Positions 46,143-56,927 of a stretch of DNA of 63,058 bases are shown here, piece by piece. Each line of letters opens with the position of its first letter. The stretch's first letter is position 1. Source of the DNA: a virus (lineage: Duplodnaviria > Caudoviricetes); IMG/VR virus record IMGVR_UViG_3300048998_000312, positions 1 to 63,058 of that record, one strand, 5' to 3'. Position numbers and translations under genes: made by a program. Under the pieces are notes generated by a model, which was not told the DNA's origin, did not search any database, and saw only the letters and a program-made list of their open reading frames with translations.

Positions 46143-47360
46143 ATGCCGCGCCTTACGAACGACGCCACGGGCGGAATCGACACGCCCGTCCGCCTCGTCG
46201 TGAACGGCAAGGAGATCGCGTTCGCCGAGAGCTACGAGTTCGCGACGAGCGTGCTCGAAGTGCCGACGTCGTTTGCGCTACGCGTTGGGCACAACGGCGT
46301 CCTGCGCGATCTTCTCGCCGATTTCCCGCCGAACGCGCCCTACACCCTCTACATCGGCGATCTCCTTCAAGCGTCCGGCCGTCTCGACGGATTCTCGGTG
46401 CCGAGCGACGACGGTACGGTGCTCGAGTTGAAGGGGCGCGACGCGCTCGCCCCCCTGCACGACGCGTTCATCCGCGAAGAACAAAGCCTCTCGAACATCA
46501 CCTACCTCGAGCTCGTCGCGAAGGCGCTGGCCGAGTCGGGCGTGACGGACCCGACGCCTTTCGGTGGCGGCGCGCTCATCTATTTCTCGAACGCTGCCAA
46601 CCGCAAGAATCTCACGGGGGCAATCATCCGTGCGACCGAGCCGAAAAGCGTCGAGGAGATCGTGCTCGATAAGGGGGCCGGCGGTGTCGTCTACAAGACG
46701 GTGGTCGCCAAGCTCTCGGAGCGCTGGATCGACTTCGTGCGAACGCACCTCGATCGCGCTGGCCTCTTTCTTTGGGCTACGGCCGACGGCGGCTTCATCC
46801 TCGGTGCTCCGAATCCCAACCAGGAGCCGATCTACGAGCTTACGCTCGACCCCACGCTTCTCGCGGACGCACGCGGCTTTCGTGGCGGCGTGAAGCGCGA
46901 CGAGTACCGCGACGGCGTCGAGCCGCCGCGCTATTCCGAAGTGCTCGCCTATTCGCGCACGAGCAGCAAGAAGGCTGGCCGCTCGAAGGTCAAAGGCCTC
47001 TTCGTCGACCAGGAGATGCTCGACCTCGGTATCGATCGTCCGCTCTCCATTCGCGACGCGGACGTGGCGAGTGTCGAGCAGGCCGAGCGATTCGCGCAAC
47101 GGAAGCTCGCGGAGGGTCGGCGCGCGACGTTCGGCCTTCGGTACACGACCCATGGGCACACCGCGGCCTCGAAGACGGGTGGCGGCCGGGTCGTGTGGGC
47201 GCCCGACACGATGCTCGCTCTCGATGACCGCGAGATCGGCCTCCGTGGGAACTATTACGTCGAGAGCTGCGTCTTCCGGCGAAGCGATAGCGGCGGAACG
47301 ACGACGAGCATCAAATTGCTCCGGCCGAATGATGTGATCTTCGGCACGGGAGGCGAGTAA
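46143..47360 (+). CDS. Baseplate hub (Mu P/gp44-like)
   Basis: LVVNG..SY, GRD..L.D, RYSEV, GH..WAPD. Confidence 0.85.
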   Translation: MPRLTNDATGGIDTPVRLVVNGKEIAFAESYEFATSVLEVPTSFALRVGHNGVLRDLLADFPPNAPYTLYIGDLLQASGRLDGFSVPSDDGTVLELKGRDALAPLHDAFIREEQSLSNITYLELVAKALAESGVTDPTPFGGGALIYFSNAANRKNLTGAIIRATEPKSVEEIVLDKGAGGVVYKTVVAKLSERWIDFVRTHLDRAGLFLWATADGGFILGAPNPNQEPIYELTLDPTLLADARGFRGGVKRDEYRDGVEPPRYSEVLAYSRTSSKKAGRSKVKGLFVDQEMLDLGIDRPLSIRDADVASVEQAERFAQRKLAEGRRATFGLRYTTHGHTAASKTGGGRVVWAPDTMLALDDREIGLRGNYYVESCVFRRSDSGGTTTSIKLLRPNDVIFGTGGE

Positions 47361-47987
47361 GTGGAGCTCGACTTCGGCCTCATCGTCGCCACCGAGATCG
47401 ACGACTCGGGCTGGATCGGCCTTCAGATCGACGCCTACGGCGAAAAGAAGGCCAGCGTTTCACCGGGCGAGCCGTGCTTTCCGTGCGGACTCATCGCGGC
47501 GCCGCACGATCCCGACCTTGACGTCGAGGGTGTCCCGATCCCCAGCGCCGCATGCGGCGCCATGTACGGCTACGACGGGAGCGATCTTCAGGTCTGGCCG
47601 CTCGTCGATCCGCGCGATGTCGCCGCGCTGCCCCACCTCGAGAAGGGTGGGCGCCTGTTTTACGGCGGCCGCAAAGGCGCTCCGTCCTACGTCCGAATCA
47701 ACGGCGACACTGGCGCGATGTCGATCGTGGTGCCAAGTAGCGCAGCCTCGGTCGTCGTCGACGACGAAGCCGTAAAGCTCGGCAACCCCGCGTCCGCCGT
47801 TCCCGTCGCCCTCGCGACGCAGCTCCTCGCGTACCTCGACGTCCTCGAGCAGGCGGTCAAGACCGCGGTCGGGGCAGCAGGCTCCCCGGCCGCGGCAACG
47901 GCCGCAGGAGCGGTCTTCGCTGCCACGATGCAGGCTGCCGGCACCCTCCGCTCCCAGATCGCCGCAACCCTCGTGAAAGGCTTCTGA
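47361..47987 (+). CDS. Baseplate spike (Mu gp45-like)
   Basis: Synteny; DPR..LEKGG..YG. Confidence 0.65.
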   Translation: MELDFGLIVATEIDDSGWIGLQIDAYGEKKASVSPGEPCFPCGLIAAPHDPDLDVEGVPIPSAACGAMYGYDGSDLQVWPLVDPRDVAALPHLEKGGRLFYGGRKGAPSYVRINGDTGAMSIVVPSSAASVVVDDEAVKLGNPASAVPVALATQLLAYLDVLEQAVKTAVGAAGSPAAATAAGAVFAATMQAAGTLRSQIAATLVKGF

Positions 47988-48427
47988 TGGCCCTTGGCGA
48001 CTACCCCGCGGGCGAAGGCCCGGCCGGTTTCGATCCGGTCATGGCGTCGTCGCGCGTCGCGCCCGTCGTGCCGAAGGCGCTCTACATCGATCTCGAGAAG
48101 CGGACCGTGCTCTACGACGCGAACGGCTACGCCAAGGCGATGCACCCGGTCGACCAGACGATGGCAATCTGCTGCGGCATCAAAAAGGGCACGCTCACGA
48201 GCTCGCCCGACGACGGCCTCGACGTCGATCGCATCCTCCAGGCAAGCCTTGCGTCGCGGCAAAGCGTCGCCGAGGACGCCGTAAACGTCGCCGCTGCCGG
48301 CCCGATCGGGCGCGGTGACGTCACGATCCGCCGCGTTCTCGCGAGCACCGGCACCGGGCAGATCTCCCTCATCGTCGACTACCGGAACAACCGCACGGCG
48401 GTGATTCGCACCGTGTCGCTCTCCTGA
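47987..48427 (+). CDS. Baseplate wedge/sheath initiator (gp46/gp25-like)
   Basis: Synteny and size. Confidence 0.65.
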   Translation: MALGDYPAGEGPAGFDPVMASSRVAPVVPKALYIDLEKRTVLYDANGYAKAMHPVDQTMAICCGIKKGTLTSSPDDGLDVDRILQASLASRQSVAEDAVNVAAAGPIGRGDVTIRRVLASTGTGQISLIVDYRNNRTAVIRTVSLS

Positions 48428-49935
48428 TGGCGCGCGACGTCCTCCCCGAAAAGCTCGTCACCCCGGCGCGCGCGGATCTCATTCGCCAATACGAGCGCGA
48501 TTGGCAGCTCCGCTTCCCGGGCGCCGCCGTCGGTCCCGGCACCGAGCCCGGCGCGAAGGCGCGCATCCTCGCGGACATCGTCCTTCCGCTCTACGGCGAA
48601 GCCGCACGCAACGCCCAAGTCGCATCTCTCGACGACATGGACGGCGGGCAGCTCGAGGACACAGCCGATTCCCTCGGCCTCCCGCGGCGCCTTGCGGCCG
48701 TAGGCTCCTCCGGCGGGGTCACGATCGGCGCGTCGCTCGGCGGCGGCACCATCTTCGCCGGGGACGAGATCAAGGATCTTCTCACCGGGCTTCGGTGGAC
48801 GTGCGCAGCGACGGGGGTCTACACGGCGGGGCAAGCCGTCCCCGTCGTCGGCAAAGATGCCGGCGCGCAGACGAACATCCCCGCCGGACGGCTCCTCACG
48901 TGGACCTCGCAGCGCCCCGGGATCGCATCGACCGCCACCGTCGTCCTCCAAAGCGACGGCTCCGGCCTCTCGGGCGGGCGCGATCTCGAAACCGACACCG
49001 ACGTCGCCGAACGCATCCGCGCCGCACGCGCGAACCCCGCCGTCGCCGGCAACGACGCGGACTACCAGCAAGCCGCCCTCCGCGTGCCGAACGTCGGTCT
49101 CCAGGCGCCGTTTACGTTCCCGTGCATCGCTGGCCCCGGCACGATCGGCTTCGCCTTCACCCTTCGCCCCGCGGCACCGGGCGGCTCGCGCATCCCGAAC
49201 GCGACGCAGCGCGCGCTCGTCCGCTCGTTCCTCGTCGGGCAGTTCCCGAAGGACGACGGCCTCATCGACATCGCCCTTGCCGCGCAGGCGACCGCCGTGC
49301 GCCTTCGCGTGCGCTGGGCGGCCGGCGCGCGGGGCTGGGCCGACGCATCGCCGTGGCCCGCCTACGACGCGGCGAACTTTGTCTACGTCGTGTACGCCGG
49401 CTCCGCGACGGCGTTCCGGCTTGCTTCAGCGGACCCGGCCCACGCCGACGTCCAGGCGGGCCAGACGATCGGCTTCTACAACGCGGCGATCGGCGCCTTC
49501 GTGCGGAAGCGCATCGCGAGCGTGACAGCGTCAACGTCCGGCGGCCTTCGCCTCTGGGACGTCGTCTGCGATTCGAGCAACAACGCGAGCGATCTCACCT
49601 ACGTCCCGGCTTCCGGCGAGCGCCCGTCGCCGTGGAGCGATTCGCTCGACGCGGTCGTGCCGCCGATCGTCGCCGCGTTCGACCAGACCGGCCCGGGCGA
49701 GCTTTTCGCCGAGCCGTACCTCGATGCCGGGGCGCGGCAGAAGCGCTCCCCGCCGAACCCCGAGACCTGGCCGAGCGAGCTTTCCGGCCGCATCGAAGCG
49801 CCCATTGACGACCTCCCCGCCGTGAACACGGTGCGCGTCGTCGAGCCGGCGCTCCCCTTTGCCACGACTGTCGGCACGCCCTCGGCGCTCGCTTACCTCC
49901 TCGAGCTTTCGAGCATCTCCGCGCACCCGCTCTGA
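48427..49935 (+). CDS. Baseplate J-like protein
   Basis: GAQTNI, LSGGRDLETD..RI..GNDADY..GPGT. Confidence 0.9.
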   Translation: MARDVLPEKLVTPARADLIRQYERDWQLRFPGAAVGPGTEPGAKARILADIVLPLYGEAARNAQVASLDDMDGGQLEDTADSLGLPRRLAAVGSSGGVTIGASLGGGTIFAGDEIKDLLTGLRWTCAATGVYTAGQAVPVVGKDAGAQTNIPAGRLLTWTSQRPGIASTATVVLQSDGSGLSGGRDLETDTDVAERIRAARANPAVAGNDADYQQAALRVPNVGLQAPFTFPCIAGPGTIGFAFTLRPAAPGGSRIPNATQRALVRSFLVGQFPKDDGLIDIALAAQATAVRLRVRWAAGARGWADASPWPAYDAANFVYVVYAGSATAFRLASADPAHADVQAGQTIGFYNAAIGAFVRKRIASVTASTSGGLRLWDVVCDSSNNASDLTYVPASGERPSPWSDSLDAVVPPIVAAFDQTGPGELFAEPYLDAGARQKRSPPNPETWPSELSGRIEAPIDDLPAVNTVRVVEPALPFATTVGTPSALAYLLELSSISAHPL

Positions 49936-49945
49936 AAGGGCATCG

Positions 49946-50428
49946 ATGAGCGCCGCGACTTCGTTTACCTACGACGCCAATCCACCCGCGCGCCCCTCGC
50001 TCGACGACCTCGGCGGCGACGACTTCGAGGACGACCCCGGCGCGCCGCCGCCGAAAGACGGCCGGATGCCGTACGCGGACGAGTACTGCGAATCCAAGCG
50101 GAATCTCGCCGGCGTCAACCGCGTCATCCACACGGCAATCGTTCACGTCGTTTTTACGGGCGGCACGCCGTCGATCGCAAACGTGCGCGGCATGCGCTCG
50201 ACGCTCCTTCCGACGGACTTCACGCCGACCGACAACGGCGCCGGCGACACGACGATCACGTGGGCGAGCTCGCTCCTCCCGGCGTCGAGCGTGCCGCCGA
50301 CGGTCTCGCTCACCGACGACGTCGAAATCGACCGCGCGCGTGCCTTCCTCGTGACCGGTGGCGTGCGCGTCAAGACGAAGCTCGGCACGACGGGCACCGA
50401 CTGCGCGTTCGTCCTGCTCATTCACTGA
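49946..50428 (+). CDS. Putative baseplate/tail protein
   Basis: AAAGGG RBS, synteny. Confidence 0.6.
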   Translation: MSAATSFTYDANPPARPSLDDLGGDDFEDDPGAPPPKDGRMPYADEYCESKRNLAGVNRVIHTAIVHVVFTGGTPSIANVRGMRSTLLPTDFTPTDNGAGDTTITWASSLLPASSVPPTVSLTDDVEIDRARAFLVTGGVRVKTKLGTTGTDCAFVLLIH

Positions 50429-51372
50429 TGGCGCGCTTCTCGGCCTTTTCACCTCTCGGCCAGCTTCGATTCAGCGCAAAGGCGCCGTCGGGCGCCGGTA
50501 TCTACCGCGCGATCGTCGCCGCCCAATCCGGCGCGTTCGACATGTCGCCGGGCACCGAGGGTGACGCCGAGGCGTACGCGACGGCGATGGCGCTCGCGCG
50601 CGCCCGCACGGCGCTCGACCGCGGGGCCGCGCAGCACGATCCGACGATGGCGATCGAGATGCTGCCCGTCCTCGAGCGGGATTACGGCGTCATCCCAGGC
50701 GAGGGCGATTCGATTCGCGAGCGGCAGCGTGCGCTCGCGGCACGCATCGCGATCTCCGGCGGCCCGCGCGAAGAGAGCATCGAGAACGGTCTCCGCACGC
50801 TCCTCGGTGCAGACTTCATCGCCTACCGCGTGCAGACGGTCGCCGAGGCCGGCACGTGGCCCGCCGACCCGAGCGCCGGCCCCGGCATCTTCGGGCGCGA
50901 CGAAATCGCCGCGAAGCTCTTTCGTATCACCTCGACGATTGTCACGACGGGAATGCCGGTCGCCTTCAGCTATGCGCCGATCGACACGGACGACGGGACG
51001 CGTCTCGCACCCGGCGACGTCGTCTGCGTTCAGCCCGACAATCGGCCCCAGGCTGAGAAAGTGGCGGTCGAATCCGTCGAGAACCTCACGGCGACGGCGA
51101 CCTTCGCGAAGGCGCACGGCGGCGGTGACATCCTCACGACCGGGCCGATCCCGCTTTGGTCGAGCACGAAGCGGTACGCGATCGTCGTCGTATCGGACGC
51201 CGCGGTCGCAAGCCGTGAGACACGCCGGAAGATCGACGACTTCATGGGCCGCGTCTCGCGCGGTGTCACGACGTGGAGCGTCTTCAAGCGTTCGTCCACG
51301 ACGACGCTAGGGCCATTCGTCGCGGGCGACGCCGCGGGCACGAAGCCCATCACCACCATCACGATTCCGTAA
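50428..51372 (+). CDS. Baseplate wedge (Mu gp48/DUF2313-like)
   Basis: DP..AIEMLP.LERDYGV..ERQRAL. Confidence 0.75.
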   Translation: MARFSAFSPLGQLRFSAKAPSGAGIYRAIVAAQSGAFDMSPGTEGDAEAYATAMALARARTALDRGAAQHDPTMAIEMLPVLERDYGVIPGEGDSIRERQRALAARIAISGGPREESIENGLRTLLGADFIAYRVQTVAEAGTWPADPSAGPGIFGRDEIAAKLFRITSTIVTTGMPVAFSYAPIDTDDGTRLAPGDVVCVQPDNRPQAEKVAVESVENLTATATFAKAHGGGDILTTGPIPLWSSTKRYAIVVVSDAAVASRETRRKIDDFMGRVSRGVTTWSVFKRSSTTTLGPFVAGDAAGTKPITTITIP

Positions 51373-51379
51373 GAGGCGA

Positions 51380-52663
51380 ATGCACAACGACATCGCGAAT
51401 ACGGATTGGACCGCCGATCCCGACGTCACCCCTGCGCGGCTGACGAAGATCGACACGAACGCCGCACAGTCCGTCAACGGAGACCTCGGCGGCGATTGGG
51501 CTCCGAGCTCGGAGATCGACATCGGCGGCCTGGGTCTGCGTGCCCGCCTCCGCTTCGACCTCATTGCGACGCCGACCGCAAATGCCAGCTTTAGCGTCGC
51601 GACGACGCGCCTCATTCGGCTTACCTCGGCGGCCTCGAGCAACCTGACGCTCGGCCTCACGTCGACCGGCGCGCTCGAGGGCGACATCATCGAGGTCGCT
51701 TGCGACGCGGACTTTACGCACGAAGCCACGATCCAGGACCAGTCGGGCACCCCCATCTTCGTCGCCGGCAACACCGACCGTGCGAACGGGTCGACGGCGA
51801 CCTTCGCGTGGCTCGGCGGCGCTTGGCGGCGGTTCCGCCAAGTCGGCGGATCGAGATTTCGCACGCTCGCGTTCACCGCGAGCGGCACGTGGGTTGCGCC
51901 TTTCGATGGGGTGGTCCTCGTCCGCGGGTGGGGCGCCGGTGGCGGCGGTGGCGGCGGCCAGCCGGGTACGTCGGCGACGGGCGGCCTGGCCCGCGGCGGC
52001 GGCGGCGGCGCCGGCGCGCTCGAACGTGTGGTCGTCGTCCCCGTCGCGAAGGGGACGACCTACGCGGTGACCGTCGGCGCGGCGCAGGGAGGCGGCCAAG
52101 GCGGCACAAGCTCGATCATCGCCGCAGCGGGGACCGTCGGAGAGGACACGACGTTCGACACGCTTGCGCGCTTCCGCGGCGGACGCGGCGGAGGCACGTG
52201 CGATGACTTCGGGATTAGCGGCACGATCTACGGGGCGCGCGGCGGTGGCCCGGTGGCGGTGTCCGCCTCGAACTTCGTATTGCCCGTAGACCTCCCGACG
52301 GCATCCGGTGGCGGGCACGCGTTGCCGTTCGGTGGTGGTACCGCCGGCGGAGACAACGCATCGTTCGCTGGCGGCAGCGGCGGGGCGAGCGGCGCGACAC
52401 CGAGCGGCTTCCAGGGAGGCGGTGGCGGTGGCGGTGGCGGCGCTGGACCCGGCGGCGCAGGCGGCAACGGCAAGCCGGGCGGCGCAGGCAACAGCGGAGG
52501 CGTAGGCGGCGGCGGCGGCTCCGGTGGCTCTGTCCCCGGGGCCAATAGTGGCGCAGGCGGCGGCGGCGGTGGAGGCGGCGGCGCAGGGAGTACTTCGGGC
52601 GGATTCGGCGGTGCCGGGCTGCCTAGCGGCGCGGGCTACCTCGAAATCACGTGGGTGATCTGA
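51380..52663 (+). CDS. Glycine-rich tail fibre protein
   Basis: FTASGTWVAP..GAGGGGG..YAVTVGA..G.L.ITW. Confidence 0.8.
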   Translation: MHNDIANTDWTADPDVTPARLTKIDTNAAQSVNGDLGGDWAPSSEIDIGGLGLRARLRFDLIATPTANASFSVATTRLIRLTSAASSNLTLGLTSTGALEGDIIEVACDADFTHEATIQDQSGTPIFVAGNTDRANGSTATFAWLGGAWRRFRQVGGSRFRTLAFTASGTWVAPFDGVVLVRGWGAGGGGGGGQPGTSATGGLARGGGGGAGALERVVVVPVAKGTTYAVTVGAAQGGGQGGTSSIIAAAGTVGEDTTFDTLARFRGGRGGGTCDDFGISGTIYGARGGGPVAVSASNFVLPVDLPTASGGGHALPFGGGTAGGDNASFAGGSGGASGATPSGFQGGGGGGGGGAGPGGAGGNGKPGGAGNSGGVGGGGGSGGSVPGANSGAGGGGGGGGGAGSTSGGFGGAGLPSGAGYLEITWVI

Positions 52664-54034
52664 ATGGGAAACCTCCTCGTCTCGGTGAACGGCTCCGCGC
52701 CCACCGCGGGCGGCGTGACGGTCGCCCCGGGCGACACCGTCGCTCTCTCCTTCGCAAACTCGAACGGCTGGCGCTCGTACCGCCTCGAGATGCTCCTGCC
52801 GGTCATCGACGCGGCGGGCACCTTCGCGAGCGTCCCGGCGGGCTGGACCGACGAAGGCAACGGCATCGCGAGCTACAGCGCCGTGAGCGTGCCCCCGCCG
52901 GCGTTCACGATGCCCGGCGTGAGCGAATGGGGGAAGCGCATGCTGACCCTCACGGCGAGCACGGGGCTCGTCGACACCGACACGGCCCTCTCGATGCCGT
53001 CCGTGCTCGGCCTCGTCGACGTTTCGCCACGCGAAGCGGCGCAGTTCGACGTCGTTCGGCAGTGGGGCGGCGCGCTCCAGCGGGCATTGCGGGCCATCGT
53101 TGGCGGCATAGGCGGCGGCATTCCCGCAATGATCAACGTCGACGGCGCGGTGCCCGTCGAACGCGCGGGCGACACGCTCGACGACGCCGTTCGCGTCGAG
53201 CGCCGGCTCCGCTTCATGGACATCGATCCGGACGTCGACTTCCGCGGTCTCAACGATCCGACGTACACCGCGGCGAAGAGCTTTGCGTCAACGCCCCCAT
53301 GGCAAGGCGGGCCGGACATGGCGGGCACGAGCGTGCTCTTCGTGCGCCGCGGCACCGTGCTCACGAACCTTGCGATCGCTGCGGACATCGTCGGCGATCA
53401 CGTCGCGTTTTCGACCGGCAGTTACGCCGCAACCTACGCAAACGGCGCGGCGCCCTACGCGAACGACGGCGCATTTGTCCCCGATCCGCCGAACTTCGAA
53501 TCGGCGACCTTTGGCGACCCGTCATCGGGCGATCAGAATGGCTACGCCGTTCTCCTTGCCGGAAACGATGCCGATCCGGATCCCTCGGTCACGATCACGT
53601 TCACGGGCGAGGTCGACATCAACTTCGGCACCGCCGCCGCCCTCACGCGCACCTGGCAAACGGGCGAGGCGTCGAAGACCGTCGTCGCGACCTCGGACGT
53701 CTACGTCGGCACGGACACCACCGATGACGTGAGCGGGATCAACGTTTGGGAGGGCAACACGTCGCCACACGGCTTCGCATCGTCCCTCCAGCAGAATCGC
53801 GCTCTTCCGCTGACGACGATCACCGTTGGCGGAACCGCGGCTTACGTCTTCTTCCTCTGGCCGCACCAAGCCCAGTACACGAATGGATCTCCCGGCTTTG
53901 GCGGCGCAGGATCCGTCTCGAAGCGCCCGTCGACGGTATCGATCGCGCGCAATGGCGTGACCCGCACGTACGACGTGTGGCGCAGCGATTCGAAGTTCCC
54001 GCCGGGCTCCACCCTTCACGTGCAGACGTCCTGA
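52664..54034 (+). CDS. Putative tail/structural protein
   Basis: 456 aa Thr/Gly beta-rich protein in fibre region. Confidence 0.65.
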   Translation: MGNLLVSVNGSAPTAGGVTVAPGDTVALSFANSNGWRSYRLEMLLPVIDAAGTFASVPAGWTDEGNGIASYSAVSVPPPAFTMPGVSEWGKRMLTLTASTGLVDTDTALSMPSVLGLVDVSPREAAQFDVVRQWGGALQRALRAIVGGIGGGIPAMINVDGAVPVERAGDTLDDAVRVERRLRFMDIDPDVDFRGLNDPTYTAAKSFASTPPWQGGPDMAGTSVLFVRRGTVLTNLAIAADIVGDHVAFSTGSYAATYANGAAPYANDGAFVPDPPNFESATFGDPSSGDQNGYAVLLAGNDADPDPSVTITFTGEVDINFGTAAALTRTWQTGEASKTVVATSDVYVGTDTTDDVSGINVWEGNTSPHGFASSLQQNRALPLTTITVGGTAAYVFFLWPHQAQYTNGSPGFGGAGSVSKRPSTVSIARNGVTRTYDVWRSDSKFPPGSTLHVQTS

Positions 54035-55548
54035 TGAGGCTAGGCCTTTTTCTCGGCCTCGGATGGCGCGCCCCGACCGGCTCCGCACCCGCGTCCGCGC
54101 CGACGCTTACCAGCGTTTCGCCCAATTCCGCGCACAAGAGCGATTCGCCCTTCACGCTGACGGCGACGGGCACCAACTTCACAATCTCGTCGGTCCTTCG
54201 GCTCGACGGCTCCGGCGTCGCGACGACCTACGTCTCGCCGACTTCGCTCACGTGCACGGTCACGCCGGCGTCGCTCGCCGCGGCGACGCACACGGTCGAC
54301 GTTACGGACACGACGGGTCCGAGCGGCACGCAATCGCTTGCGATCGACCATGCCGCGCCGACGCTCTCGGGCATCTCGCCGAGCTCGGCGACCGTTGGCG
54401 CGAGCAACACGACCATCACGTGCACGGGCACCGGGTTCGATTCCGCGACGGTGATTTACGCGGGCGCGCTCGCGCTCGCGACGACCTACGTCAGCGCGAC
54501 GCAGGTGACGGCGGTCTTCCCGTCGACGGCGCTCACGGCGGCCGGCACGAGCACGATCACCGCCTTCAATACGACGCCGGGCGGCGGCACGAGCGCAGGT
54601 CAGACGTTCACGATCAACAACCCCGTGCCGGCCCCGACGAGCCTCGCGACCGCGAGCTATCCACGGTGGGATGGCGCGAAGACGGGAACGATCAACGGCT
54701 CGGGCTTCGTCTCGGGCTCCGTGGTCAAAGTCGATGGCGTTGCCGTCACGACCGCGTACGTCTCATCGAGCCAGCTCCAATTCTCCGTCGCAAACACGAC
54801 GCTATGGGAGCTTGGAACGCACGCGGTCACGGTGACGAACGCCTCTCCTGGCGGCGGTACGTCGGGCGCGCAGACGCTAACGATTGCCGCGCCGACGTTC
54901 CAACTTGCCGGATACCGCGGCGATCAAGGTCGCACGATGAACGGGGGGACCGTCCAGGCGTGGGCCGACCAGAGCGGAAAGGGCGACGCGAACCGCAATG
55001 CGATCCAGCTCACGGCGGGCAGCCAGCCGACGTACCTCGCCACCGATACGAATCTCAACAACCAGCCATCACTGACGTCGTCCGGCTCGGCCGGGATGCA
55101 GACCGGGACATGGTCTTCGGCACCGGCCCAGCCCACGCGCTTTTACCTCGTTGGGTACACGTCGACGACAAGCGGCTTCTTCTTCGACGGCATCACGACC
55201 GGCAACCGTCAGTGCGTCTTCAAGGGCTCAAGCTCGAACACGTCGGTTTTCGCCGGCAGCACGGTGAATACGGCACTATGGGACTCGACCACGAAGGCGG
55301 CATTCTGCGTCGAGTTCAACGGCGCGTCGTCGAAGGTAGCTGTCTCCACAAAGACGTTTACGACCATCGCGACGCCCGGCACGGGCACCGTCACCGGTCT
55401 CTCGCTGTTCGAGAACTTCGGCACGGGCGGCAAGATGATCGGCGCGATTGCCGAGCTGATCGTTACCGACGGCACGCCGACGGCGACGCAGCATAGCGAG
55501 ATCATGCTGTATCTCGGTAATCGCTACAACATCACGATCGGCCCCTGA
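54034..55548 (+). CDS. Ig-like (3x IPT/TIG) plus LamG/lectin-like adhesin
   Basis: Three APTL.S.SP..GT.F..TTYVS.T.L repeats; WADQSG..QPT..GAIAELIV..YL.NRY.I. Confidence 0.8.
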   Translation: MRLGLFLGLGWRAPTGSAPASAPTLTSVSPNSAHKSDSPFTLTATGTNFTISSVLRLDGSGVATTYVSPTSLTCTVTPASLAAATHTVDVTDTTGPSGTQSLAIDHAAPTLSGISPSSATVGASNTTITCTGTGFDSATVIYAGALALATTYVSATQVTAVFPSTALTAAGTSTITAFNTTPGGGTSAGQTFTINNPVPAPTSLATASYPRWDGAKTGTINGSGFVSGSVVKVDGVAVTTAYVSSSQLQFSVANTTLWELGTHAVTVTNASPGGGTSGAQTLTIAAPTFQLAGYRGDQGRTMNGGTVQAWADQSGKGDANRNAIQLTAGSQPTYLATDTNLNNQPSLTSSGSAGMQTGTWSSAPAQPTRFYLVGYTSTTSGFFFDGITTGNRQCVFKGSSSNTSVFAGSTVNTALWDSTTKAAFCVEFNGASSKVAVSTKTFTTIATPGTGTVTGLSLFENFGTGGKMIGAIAELIVTDGTPTATQHSEIMLYLGNRYNITIGP

Positions 55549-55550
55549 TC

Positions 55551-55898
55551 ATGGCGAACGGAATCATCAGTACGCGCCAAGATCTTCTCATCCGCCTCGC
55601 CGCGCGCCTTGAGGGCGTGTTCGTCGATGCCGAGACGTGCACGAACGAGGGCGGCGGGGACTACGAAACGCGCGCCGTGTACCTGCAACGGTACAAGCAC
55701 TCCTGGTTTGCGGCGCACCCGGACGGCCTTCGCTTTGCCGTCGGCGGAGACGCGCAGCTCGTCGCCAAACTCGCGACTCTGAAAACCGCGATCAAGGCAC
55801 GCATTGCGGCAAACGCCGCATCCCAGGACGAGATCGACATCGACGCTCTTCCCGCACCCGCGGCGCTCGACGCGACGTGGACGCCTCCGGCTTCCTGA
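55551..55898 (+). CDS. Hypothetical protein
   Basis: Tightly packed ORF. Confidence 0.65.
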   Translation: MANGIISTRQDLLIRLAARLEGVFVDAETCTNEGGGDYETRAVYLQRYKHSWFAAHPDGLRFAVGGDAQLVAKLATLKTAIKARIAANAASQDEIDIDALPAPAALDATWTPPAS

Positions 55899-55900
55899 TC

Positions 55901-56164
55901 GTGGACGACGATACGAAAAGCGCGTTCGACCGCCTCGAGGGGATGATCCGCGCCTTCGTCGAGGAGTCACACGCCCGCGATCGAGGCCTCGCCGACAAAG
56001 ACGTTTCGACCGCCAGCGCGCTCCGCACGATCGAGGCGCGCGTAACGGATCTCGAGCAGCGCCCGCGCGTCGGCGACGAGCGCACCGCGATCGTCACAAG
56101 CGAGGGCTCCCGGCCCGTTCGTGAAATACGAATTATCTACGAGGACGACGAGGCGCCGAAATGA
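55901..56164 (+). CDS. Hypothetical coiled-coil protein
   Basis: GTG start, ATGA overlap. Confidence 0.55.
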   Translation: MDDDTKSAFDRLEGMIRAFVEESHARDRGLADKDVSTASALRTIEARVTDLEQRPRVGDERTAIVTSEGSRPVREIRIIYEDDEAPK

Positions 56165-56580
56165 AGATCACGGGTCCCATGGTCGCCCTTGCCGCACTCG
56201 CGACGCTCGTCTTCCTCGCGATCCTCGGCTCGTGCATATGGCTCATCGATCGCGGGTTCGCGCCGCCTAGCCTAGTCGCCACCCCAATCGCGGCCCTCCT
56301 CGCGGGCATCGTGGGCGCCGCCATCAGCGCCGCGCGGTACTACCTAAAGCTCCCGCCCGCGCCGCCGGGAACCGAATACCGGCTGTTCCCGTCGTTGTCG
56401 CCTGGCCCGACGGACGCGGTTCTTTCGGGCCAGGTCCCATTTCCGCTTCAGGGCGCGAGTGTCGCGCGCATCCCCGTTGCCGATTCCGTGCAGGGGCCGA
56501 TCGAGATCATGCACATCGACGAGGTCGACCCGCCGTCGGTCACGTCGCCGAATCCGAAGAGAGGAATCACTCCGCCATGA
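56161..56580 (+). CDS. Two-TM protein, holin candidate
   Basis: Two hydrophobic helices, Pro-rich tail. Confidence 0.5.
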   Translation: MKITGPMVALAALATLVFLAILGSCIWLIDRGFAPPSLVATPIAALLAGIVGAAISAARYYLKLPPAPPGTEYRLFPSLSPGPTDAVLSGQVPFPLQGASVARIPVADSVQGPIEIMHIDEVDPPSVTSPNPKRGITPP

Positions 56581-56927
56581 TGAGAGCCATTCGGCGCGAC
56601 GTCACCGCGATCGTTGTGTGGGTCGTGATGTCGTTCGGCGCGCTCGCAGGCGTCGGCGCACTGACCCAAACCGCGGCGTGCAACGCCGACGGGCAGGCGC
56701 GCCCGCTTACGCCCGACGAGAAAGTCGTCGTAAACGGCGCGCTCTCGGCGGCGGACATTGCATGCCTGCTCGCATCGCCGTTCGTGAGCGAGGTCGACCT
56801 CGCGCAGGACTGCAAGCTCGCGATCGATATCGTGCGGCCCTTCGTGTCGTCGAAGAAGACCGGCTTCGCGCGGCACGACAAGGCACAAGCCGCCGCGCGC
56901 CCGCTCGATGACGCGGGGTACCCGTGA
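56577..56927 (+). CDS. Membrane/lipoprotein candidate
   Basis: Signal-like N-terminus ending TAAC. Confidence 0.55.
   Translation: MMRAIRRDVTAIVVWVVMSFGALAGVGALTQTAACNADGQARPLTPDEKVVVNGALSAADIACLLASPFVSEVDLAQDCKLAIDIVRPFVSSKKTGFARHDKAQAAARPLDDAGYP

Noticed and set aside
51930-52620. GGC-rich repeats as a DNA repeat array or CRISPR
   Set aside because: Explained by poly-Gly coding in the fibre gene; no repeat-spacer array was seen anywhere in the window
40025-55548. Tailocin/eCIS or transposable Mu-like phage
   Set aside because: Head, terminase, serine integrase and DnaB replication genes are present; no transposase or AAA ATPase seen
51380-55548. DGR or invertible fibre cassette
   Set aside because: No reverse transcriptase, TR/VR pair, invertase or inverted fibre ends seen
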